DNA from: Chthoniobacteraceae bacterium
Lineage (GTDB): Bacteria; Verrucomicrobiota; Verrucomicrobiia; Chthoniobacterales; Chthoniobacteraceae
Length of the DNA: 43,627 nucleotides
Reading direction: 5' to 3'
NCBI GenBank assembly: GCA_031409335.1
Contig: JANNWY010000146.1
Coordinates: 1 to 43,627 of the forward strand
The notes beneath the pieces were generated by a model that worked only from the letters and a program-made list of their open reading frames with translations, ran no database searches and had not been told where the DNA came from. Positions 27,324-35,900 of this stretch are shown here, one piece after another; position 1 is the stretch's first letter; every line of letters begins with the position of its first letter. A program made the position numbers and the translations under genes.

Positions 27324-29171
27324 TTAACCGATTTCAGCGAGTTCCGCAGCGGGGACTTCCCCGCCGTGGTGTCGCTTGAATTGAAGGTCGTAGAGCCGGC
27401 GGTAGTAGGCGCTCGATTCGTAAAGCTCGGCGTGCGTGCCCACGTCTTTGATCTCGCCGCGATCCATCACGACGATCTGGTCGGCATTCAGGATCGTGGA
27501 AAGACGGTGCGCGATGGCGATGACGGTGCGGCCTTCCGCGAGCGTGTCGATCGCGCGCTGCACTTCCTTCTCAGACTCGGAATCGAGCGCGCTTGTCGCT
27601 TCATCGAGCAACAGAATCGGCGCATTTTTCAGCAGCGCGCGCGCGATGGAAACGCGCTGCTGCTGGCCGCCGGAAAGCATGCAGCCCTTGTCGCCGATGA
27701 CCGTCTCGTAGCCCTTCGGCTGCCGCTCGATGAAGTCGTGCGCAAACGCCTGCCGCGCGGCTTCCCGCACTTCCTCATCGGTCGCGTCGAAGCGCCCGTA
27801 GCGGATGTTTTCCGCGATCGTCGTGTGAAACAGAAACGTCTCCTGCGTGACGATGCTCATCTGCGCGCGCACGGATTCCGTGGTGAGCGTGCAGATGTTT
27901 TGCCCGTCGATGTAGATGCGTCCGTAGGTCGGATCGTAGAAGCGCAGGATGAGCGAAAGCATCGTGCTTTTTCCCGCCCCGCTCGCGCCGACCAACGCAA
28001 CCGTTTTCCCCGGCTCGATCCGCAGCTTGATGCCCTTCAGCACGGATTCGCCGGTCGGATATTGGAACCACACGTCCTCAAAATAAATCTCGCCGCGCGA
28101 CTTCGGCAGCACTTTCGCATCCGGCAAATCCTTCACACTCGGCTCCAGCTCGAGCAGTTCGAAAATGCGCGAGGTGGAGGCAAAGCAGCGCTGCATCTGC
28201 CCGCTGACTTTGCTCAACTTTTTCACCGGATCATACAGCGTGAAAAGACCAAGCAGCAGACCGACGAAGGTGGCGGAACTGACTTGATAGTACCAGACGT
28301 AAAACAACGCGAGGCTCACCCCGAGCGCGGCCACCGACTCGATCATCGGGCTGACGATCTCGATCGCACGCCGCACTTTCATGCTGTTGCGAAATTGCGT
28401 CGCGCTCGATTCCTCGAACTCCTTCATCTCATCCTCCTCGCGGCACAGCGACTTGATGACGCGGATGCCGGCAAAGGCTTCCTGCATGATGACCATCATC
28501 GCGCCCGCCTCGTTCTCCTCATCCTTCCCAGCCTGCCGCACTTTCCTCCCAAAGATGATGATCGGGATCAAACAAACGGGGAACAGCACCAGGCTGCAGA
28601 CGGTGAATTTCCAGTCGATGTAACACAGCGCCGCGACCGAGGCGACGATCGCAAACGGCTGGGTGATGATGTCGGCGCTCACGCTGGTCAATGCCTGCTG
28701 GGCCATCCGCGCATCGTTATTGACCCGTGAGAGAAGCTGGCCGGAGCGCGTTTTCGCAAAGAAATCCAGCGACTGCTGGAGGATGTGCCGGAAGAGCTTC
28801 GTGCGGATATCCACGAGCAGGCGGAGGCTGGTCCATGCCATCCAGTAGGCGTTCAAATACGCAAACGTGCTGCGCGCGACCACCATCCCGGGGATGAGTG
28901 CGCAAATCCACAGGATGTCGTCGATCTTTGGCGCGTTCGCTCCCGCCTGGGCAGCCTTTCCACCCCATCCCGCATGTTCCATCACATGCTTCACCACCAA
29001 AGCGTAGCCGCCCTGGATCACGGCAGCCAGGGCACCGCAGAAGATCGCGAAGATGAATTGCTTGCGGTACGGCTTGAGAAACGGCGCGAGTTGCCTGAGC
29101 GGCTGCACTGACTCCGACGCGAATACTCGCAACGAGGTCGATTTCCCGGCGATCTTTGAGCTGGCGGACAT
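27324..29171 (-). CDS. MsbA-like ABC exporter (TMD plus NBD)
   Basis: GASGAGKS, LSGGQQQR, LLLDEATSALD, IAHRLST. Start overlaps the GT9 stop (TGATG). Confidence 0.92.
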   Translation of the reverse strand: MSASSKIAGKSTSLRVFASESVQPLRQLAPFLKPYRKQFIFAIFCGALAAVIQGGYALVVKHVMEHAGWGGKAAQAGANAPKIDDILWICALIPGMVVARSTFAYLNAYWMAWTSLRLLVDIRTKLFRHILQQSLDFFAKTRSGQLLSRVNNDARMAQQALTSVSADIITQPFAIVASVAALCYIDWKFTVCSLVLFPVCLIPIIIFGRKVRQAGKDEENEAGAMMVIMQEAFAGIRVIKSLCREEDEMKEFEESSATQFRNSMKVRRAIEIVSPMIESVAALGVSLALFYVWYYQVSSATFVGLLLGLFTLYDPVKKLSKVSGQMQRCFASTSRIFELLELEPSVKDLPDAKVLPKSRGEIYFEDVWFQYPTGESVLKGIKLRIEPGKTVALVGASGAGKSTMLSLILRFYDPTYGRIYIDGQNICTLTTESVRAQMSIVTQETFLFHTTIAENIRYGRFDATDEEVREAARQAFAHDFIERQPKGYETVIGDKGCMLSGGQQQRVSIARALLKNAPILLLDEATSALDSESEKEVQRAIDTLAEGRTVIAIAHRLSTILNADQIVVMDRGEIKDVGTHAELYESSAYYRRLYDLQFKRHHGGEVPAAELAEIG

Positions 29172-30154
29172 CAATTCAGATTCGGAGTGAGCGACGCAAT
29201 AGCACCAATGACCAGCGCGGTCGAGATGCGCTCCATCGGCGCGCCCTTCATCCGCGCGGTGAAATCGGTGAGCGGCGCATCGGGCTTTGCGGCGGAAAGG
29301 ACGAGCGCGCGGTCGTGGCGGGGCCGCCAGTGGAAGGGATTGGTCGGGCCGAAAAGGGCGATTTGCGGTCGCTGAAACGCGGCGGCGAAATGGACGGCGG
29401 CGGTGTCGCAACTGATAACGAGCGCGGCGCGTTCGATCAGCGCGGCGAGGGTGAGCAAGTCGGATGGCGGCACGATTTCCACTTTCCCATTTCCGCTGCC
29501 CGCTTTGATCCTCCCGGCGTGTCCGCGCTCAAAGGCATCGGGGCCGCTGGTGATGAGGCATGGCGATTTCAACGACGCGATGACTTCCGCCCAGCGATCC
29601 GGCAGCCAGTATTTTTCGAATCGCGCGGTGCTGGGATGAACGAGCACAAACGGGCTGACGATGCCCGATGAATGCAGGATTTCATCCGCCGCGTCACGCG
29701 CGCTTTGCGGAAGGACCAGGCGCGGTTCGGATGGCGCGCCGGTCGCGCCGACGAGATCGAGGTAGTGATCGGCCGTGTGCCGCTCCCGCACGGGCGACGC
29801 GACAAATTGGGTGTAGGCGAGAGCCCGCATCTTTGAGCGCTGCACCCACGCAAAGGTCGTCCGTTCCCGCGCCCGCGAGGCGGCGGTGGCCAGCGCCGTG
29901 CGATCGCTCGCGGTAAAATCGAAGCACGCGTCCCACGGCCCGGCGAGCACTTGCTGCCACGGTGCAAAACCACGCCCGCGCCCGAGCACGATGCCCGAGC
30001 TGATCGAGTCGATCGCCGTCAGCAAAGACGCGCAAGTCGGCGTGACCGCGAGCGCGATCTCCGCGGCAGGATGCGCCGCGCGCAGTGCGTCAAGCGCGGG
30101 TGTGGTCAGGATCAAGTCGCCGATGCGCTTGAGTTGAAGTGCCAGGATTCTCAT
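29171..30154 (-). CDS. Glycosyltransferase family 9 (LPS heptosyltransferase-like)
   Basis: RIGDLILTTP, HP....K.W, DTAAVH.AAA, ALFGPT....WRP. Confidence 0.92.
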   Translation of the reverse strand: MRILALQLKRIGDLILTTPALDALRAAHPAAEIALAVTPTCASLLTAIDSISSGIVLGRGRGFAPWQQVLAGPWDACFDFTASDRTALATAASRARERTTFAWVQRSKMRALAYTQFVASPVRERHTADHYLDLVGATGAPSEPRLVLPQSARDAADEILHSSGIVSPFVLVHPSTARFEKYWLPDRWAEVIASLKSPCLITSGPDAFERGHAGRIKAGSGNGKVEIVPPSDLLTLAALIERAALVISCDTAAVHFAAAFQRPQIALFGPTNPFHWRPRHDRALVLSAAKPDAPLTDFTARMKGAPMERISTALVIGAIASLTPNLN

Positions 30155-30169
30155 GAGCTTCGCGCAGAC

Positions 30170-30339
30170 CTCCGGGTAGCACGCTCGTCCCGAGCGTTGG
30201 TTTCGGCGTCCCGCCGAAATGAACTTCCCAACGTGTCTGTTGGTGAAAAACTCCACGCGCTTTCAAAACCGCGCGCGTCCGCAAGTCCACGAAGGCGGGA
30301 CGCCTTCGCCAACGCTCGGGACGAGCGTGCTACCCGGAG
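30170..30339. repeat. REPIN: two inverted GTAG-type REP units
   Basis: Perfect 31-bp inverted repeat 30170-30200 / 30309-30339. Each arm is GTAG plus two TCC-loop hairpins. Confidence 0.88.
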
Positions 30340-30353
30340 TTCCCTGCCCACGC

Positions 30354-30407
30354 TCATACCTTCATCGCCACCGAATAAGCCTCCAGCAGCCGGGCGCGGA
30401 AGTGCGC
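30354..30407 (-). pseudogene. Relic 3' end of the GT4 gene
   Basis: Encodes AHFRARLLEAYSVAMKV*; 43/54 nt identical to 31711-31764 (AHFRARLLEAYGVVMQP*). Confidence 0.85.
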
Positions 30408-30719
30408 GGACTTAAAGAAAACTGTGTCTAGGAGAGGTTTCAAGTTTGGCAGTCTAGCGGAGTCGTTCGCAAATGGCGTTAGGAAATGAACATGGGGTAT
30501 CCCCAAGGGTTGAGATTAAAAACTGGCGCAAACAAGTGCCGCCGCAAGCTCGCGTGGAAATACACCGATGCGCGCTGGACGAAGAACAACAAGCGACGCC
30601 CATTCGCGCCCACTCACTCAACTCAAACATCAGTTGCCAGAGGGCTCCTAATAGTGTTCACTTGCCTAAGCGCGCGACGTCCGTGCGCTGCCACCCAGAA
30701 AACCACTAAATCAATACAT

Positions 30720-31562
30720 ATGAAAACAGTCATCTACGCATCAGCGCTGGCACTCGCCAGCACCGTTTCCTCCCTCCACGCAGTTACCGTTTACGGCATC
30801 AATCCAGGCGTGCCGGATAATCTCGTCCGCTTCGACTCAGCCACGCCGGGCACGGTCTCGGTCGTTGGGCCGTTGAGCGACTCGCTGGTGGACATCGACT
30901 TCTTTCCGGCAAATGGCCTGCTCTATGGCCTCACTTCAACAGGGGTCACCTATACGGTCGATCTCAGCAACGCGGCACTCACTCTCCGTTTTTCGCCCCT
31001 CACCGCGCTCACCGGACTGACCGATCTCGACTTCAATCCCGTGGCGGATCGGATGCGCCTTTTCGGCAGCGTCGATCAGAACTATCGGATGGTGCCCGAC
31101 TTCACCACCGCGCCTTCCGCAGCCGGGACGGCTGGGACGGTGATCATCGACGGCACTTTCTCGGACATAACGCGGGAGCTGGTGGGGAGCGCCTACACGA
31201 ACAACTTCGACGGCGCGACGACTACGACGCTTTACAGCATCGACACGACGTTGGACGCCTTGATGATTCACAGCGGCGGACCCACGTTCAACACCATCGC
31301 CCAGGTCGGTCTCGGACTGGGAGCGCCGGTCGGCAATGATGTCGGCTTCGACATCGGGCAGGATGGCATTGCCTACGGCACCGATAGCGGCCTCGGGATA
31401 TTCGCCACGATCGACCTCACGACCGGCGCGGCCACGTTGGTGGGACCGCTCGGCATGAACGTCCGGACCATTGCCGTGCAAGCAGTGCCGGAGCCCAGTG
31501 CGCTGCTGCTCGGGTTCGTGGGTGCCGGGCTGCTCCGCCTGCGCCGGTCGCGCAAAGCGTAA
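30720..31562 (+). CDS. DUF4394-like PEP-CTERM surface protein
   Basis: Signal peptide; IDFFPANGLLYG, DFNPVADRMR, AYTNN...TLYSID; VPEPS + TM + RRSRK. Confidence 0.9.
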   Translation: MKTVIYASALALASTVSSLHAVTVYGINPGVPDNLVRFDSATPGTVSVVGPLSDSLVDIDFFPANGLLYGLTSTGVTYTVDLSNAALTLRFSPLTALTGLTDLDFNPVADRMRLFGSVDQNYRMVPDFTTAPSAAGTAGTVIIDGTFSDITRELVGSAYTNNFDGATTTTLYSIDTTLDALMIHSGGPTFNTIAQVGLGLGAPVGNDVGFDIGQDGIAYGTDSGLGIFATIDLTTGAATLVGPLGMNVRTIAVQAVPEPSALLLGFVGAGLLRLRRSRKA

Positions 31563-31605
31563 CGTCCACCTACTGGCCAGCCTTTGCTGGCGAGGCAAAT
31601 TCCTC

Positions 31606-31642
31606 AAGCTGCCCGCGCTTCGGCGCGGGCAGCTTTTTTTTT
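31606..31642 (+). terminator. Rho-independent terminator
   Basis: AAGCTGCCCGCGC-TTCG-GCGCGGGCAGC followed by T9. Confidence 0.9.
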
Positions 31643-31710
31643 GAAAAGGATGGGCGCCGCGCGGCGCCCGGAGAAGACCGACTTCGCGCGAGGCGCTGCC
31701 GGAATCCCGC

Positions 31711-32877
31711 TCACGGCTGCATCACGACGCCATACGCCTCCAGCAGCCGCGCGCGGAAGTGCGCCCAGGTGAAATTCTCCACCACCCGCTCGCGCCCCGC
31801 CGCGCCGAGTTTCGCGCAAAGTTCGCGGTCGTCGTAAAGCCGCTGGATCGCCGCGGCGAGTGCGTCGGGATCGTCCGGCGGGATGATGATTCCATTCACG
31901 CCGTCCGCGACCACGTCGCCGGATTCGCGCGTCACGATCTGTGGCAGGCCGCACGCGGCGGCTTCGTAGGTCGCTTTGGCGCTGCCTTCACAGGTCGATG
32001 GGAAAACGTGGACGGTCGCCTCGCGATAGCAGTCCTCGACCTTCGCCACAAAGCCCGCGAGCCGCACATTGTGGCCGCCGAACTCATCCAGCCACGGGCG
32101 GATTTCATCGTGCAGCGAACCCACGAGCACGAGTTCCGCATCCTTCAGATTCAGCCGATGCCACACTTCCAGCAGATGATGCACGCCCTTCCGCTGAATC
32201 AGCGCGCCGACAAACACCGCGCGGAAAATCTCCGGCGGTTTTTCCGCGGGAGTGAAGCGCGCGATGTCCACGCCACGATGATGCCGGAAGAGTTTCTCCG
32301 CAGGCACACCCGCGGCGAGGAAGGTCTCCTCCGCCTTTTCGGAAAGCACGAGGATCAGATCGGCGAGATCGTATTCCTCCAGCACCTGCTGGCGCGTCAC
32401 GAGCAGCCGGTTTTTCATCCCCGCCCAGCCGCGCGATTCCGCCCGCTCGCGTTCACTTTTCGTGAGCCGCACGGGCTTCACTTTTCCCTTGTGACGATGC
32501 CACGTCGGGATCTCGATGACGCTCGGAATCCCGCGCCGCTTCGCCTCGCCGAGCGTGCGCACACATTCACCCGACCACCCGTGGAAGAGATCGTAAGACC
32601 CCGCCGCAAGCTCGGCCGCGGCGGCTTTGTCGAGCGCATGCTTTTTCGCCGCGTAGTAATATTTGCTGCCGATGCCCGAGAGCAGCCGCACCGGATGCCA
32701 CGCGAGCGTGTGGATGAACTCCGCCGGGATTTCGCCCTGCCGATTCCCAAACGCAAACGCGCGACCAAGGCAGCCCGCGGCATGGGCTGCGCGCAGCGAC
32801 TCAAAGGCCACGGCATCAAGGCCGGGGCCGCCGATGCGCGCGGACGTGGCGTAGAGAATTTGGCGGGGCAAGTCCAA
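31711..32877 (-). CDS. Glycosyltransferase family 4
   Basis: FVGALIQRKG, FPSTCEGSAKATYEAAACGLP, DGVNG, FTW. TTG start. Confidence 0.92.
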   Translation of the reverse strand: MDLPRQILYATSARIGGPGLDAVAFESLRAAHAAGCLGRAFAFGNRQGEIPAEFIHTLAWHPVRLLSGIGSKYYYAAKKHALDKAAAAELAAGSYDLFHGWSGECVRTLGEAKRRGIPSVIEIPTWHRHKGKVKPVRLTKSERERAESRGWAGMKNRLLVTRQQVLEEYDLADLILVLSEKAEETFLAAGVPAEKLFRHHRGVDIARFTPAEKPPEIFRAVFVGALIQRKGVHHLLEVWHRLNLKDAELVLVGSLHDEIRPWLDEFGGHNVRLAGFVAKVEDCYREATVHVFPSTCEGSAKATYEAAACGLPQIVTRESGDVVADGVNGIIIPPDDPDALAAAIQRLYDDRELCAKLGAAGRERVVENFTWAHFRARLLEAYGVVMQP

Positions 32878-32973
32878 GTGGTCATTTTAGGGAAGCGCCA
32901 TGCCGCGACAAGCCCCGCGTCGCCGCGCGGGTGTACGGTTTTTCACCAGCAGCCAGGGAATCCTGATCGTCGT

Positions 32974-35900
32974 TTAGCCCTGCTTGCGGCGAGTCGGGCG
33001 TCCTAGCATACCCAGCGCACTGACCAGCAAGAGAGCGATCGTGCCAGGCTCAGGGACTCCCTGAACTGAGGCCGTCGCCAAGGCGTCCAAGCCGGGGGAC
33101 GCAGGCGCTGCTTCATGCATACCCTCGTCAAAGAGCGGCGCGGCGGCGGGTGCTCCCGGAGGAGAACTGAGCGCAGAGAGTTCGACGTAGCCGCCTGCAT
33201 CGATCACCAGAGCGTCCAGAGTCTGACTCACTTCGAGGTCGAGGAAGCCGCCGCTCAAGACATGGATGGACAACGTTCCAGTCCCGACCGGGACTTCCAG
33301 CGTGACCTTGTCTGTGTTGTTGAACAGGGTGGCGTCTCCCGCAATGGTCAGGGCGGTTCCGAGCAGCCCGTCGGCTGGATTCACGTCGAGCCCGGCAATG
33401 ACATTGCCTGCGATAACCCGCACGCGACGGCCGTTCGAATCGATCGTGCCACCCGTCCCTTCCAGTCGGATCGCCGAATGCAACGCCCCATTGTCAAAGC
33501 CTTGGAGGAAGTTCGCTTCATCCCGGCTTGCTTGGAGGATGCCGCCATCCTCAAGGGTGAGCTTGGCCATGCCAGCACCGGCGCGGAGGAATGGTGTTAG
33601 GACAATGCCTCCGGTTTTGACCGTCAGCGTGCCCATCGATCCCGCATTCTTGCCGAGCACGAAGTCGCCGCTGCCCACTGCATCCACCTTACCCCCGCTG
33701 GTGACGTTCATCGTCCCTTCGCCGTCTTCGCCTAGATTGATGAACCCACTACCGTCCACTTTCAGCAGCGATCCCGCACCCGTGACATTGACAAAGCCTT
33801 TCGTTCCGGCCGTGCCGTCATTTCGCGCGATGTTCAGCCACCATCCGGCTTCGAATTTGCCGCCATTGGTCACGTTGACCGTGCCGGTTCCGCCCTGAAA
33901 ACCGATCTGGTTGTCGCCGCCGCCGCCACCGTTGCGGCCATACAGATTGCTCTTGTGAACAAAGCTGCTTCCGGGGCCGTCAACCGTGATCGTGCCAGTG
34001 GTGCCGACGCCGGTGCCGACTGCCAGCCAATTCTGGACGGTCATGGCTCCGCCGCTCTTGATATTGACTTCACCGTTGGTGCCCCCGCCGCTGCCGACAA
34101 AAAGTTCGGTCACATCCACTTTGCCGCCCGTGTTCAGCTCCAGCTTGCCGGTGCTGCCACTGTTTCTGCTGACATGCGTCCGATAGGACTGGGCATCGTT
34201 GTGAGTCACCGTGCCGCCGTTGCTTACCGTCATCGTGCCGATGCCATCCTCGCCGACGTTCAGATTGATGTCGCCACCGCCGGTCAGCACAATCTTGGAA
34301 TTCGCCCCGTCAACGGTAACATTCCCGGTTGAAGTGGCGCCGCGGGCGATGTTGATCCACCAACTGTTGGTTACTGTGCCACCATTGGTGACATTTAGAT
34401 TCCCTGTGCCGCCACTAAAACCGATCTGCATGTCCGAGTTGAATCCCCCGGCAGATAAACCGCGCTGCCACACCGCGGTCGGCCCGTCGATATTGACTGT
34501 GCCCGTGCCACCGTTGCGCCCGACTTCGACTAATCCTTCGGTCTGTAAGATTCCCTTTTTGACGAGAGTCACGCCGACGGAACCCGTACCAAAGCCGGAA
34601 TAGAATTCCCGTGAATGCAGCGTGCTCGCGGGGTTGTTAAAGTTCACATTCAGCGTCCCGGTCGAGCCAGCGCCGCCTTCCCCATTGTTGCCGGCGACAT
34701 TGAAATAGTTGACGCCGGAAATTACCGGGTCGGTGGGAACCGGATCTCCGAGTGCGACAACCTTGCCGACATTCAAGGTGCCAATGCCATTCTGGCCGAC
34801 TTCAATGTTGCGAAGGCCAGGATAGGCGTTGGGATTACCCAGAGGGTCCAAGGCCGGGTTCAGATTCAATGTCCCCGATACCATGTCGTATTGACCGCTG
34901 GTGCCTCCCTGAAAAGCAATTTGGAGGTTCTTCCCGTAAGAATTGATAGCTCCTCCAGTCTGCACGAAAAGCCCATCGCCATGCGCTCCCCCTCCATCCG
35001 GGTTCCCAAAGAATCCGATCGCGAACGCGCCCGCGTCAATGGTCGTGGTCCCGTTGCTGCCCATGTTGATCGTCCCCCCGCTCATCGTCATCGTGCCTTT
35101 GCGCCGGGAACCGATGATGAGCTGACGGGCATTCAGAGTTCCACCCGAGAGGTTATACGTTGCCTCGTTCCCCCGGATGCCATTGGGAAGGTCGCTCGCA
35201 ACGTCCGCGTTGCGATCCTGGCCGATTTCAAGCCACTGGCCGACGTTCAGGGTCCCACTGTCCTGATTAATGGTCCCCTGGCCCTGATTGCCAAGCGTGA
35301 CACTCAGAAACGAAGCCGTGCCGCCATTGGTGATCCTTACTGTGCCGCTCGTGGCGGATTCGTTGCCGATGTTCAGCCGGGCACCGTTTGCGGCATTAAA
35401 GTCTGGGACTTCCGGATCGCGAAGGCCATTGAATGCACTGGTGGGACCGTCCACAATCAAAGTGCCTGAGCCATTGGCATCCCCATTCCAAGCGCCGACT
35501 AGAACCGTTCCGACGCCACCAGTGTTCACGCGCACTTCGCCGCCGTTCTTGACCTCCATCCTTCCCTGCCCCCGTGTGCCGATGATCAGGTCGCCGGCCC
35601 GCTGGTGAAAGAGGGAGCCAGGCCCATCGACGATGACGGTGCCGATGGAGCCGTTTTCCCGCGCAATCGCGGTTTCGGAGCCCGCGAATTTTTGGAACTT
35701 TCCACCGGCCAAAATGTCGATCCTACCGGTGCCATGCTCGCCGACATTCGTTCTCATGTCGCCGCCAATGCTGCCTTGCAGCACAGTCGATCCTGGTCCT
35801 TCGATCTTGATCGCGCCAGTGGAGCCTGCGTCGCGGGCGATATTGATCCACCATGAGGTGGTAAAATTGCCGCCATTCGTCACATTGATCTTGCCGTTTC

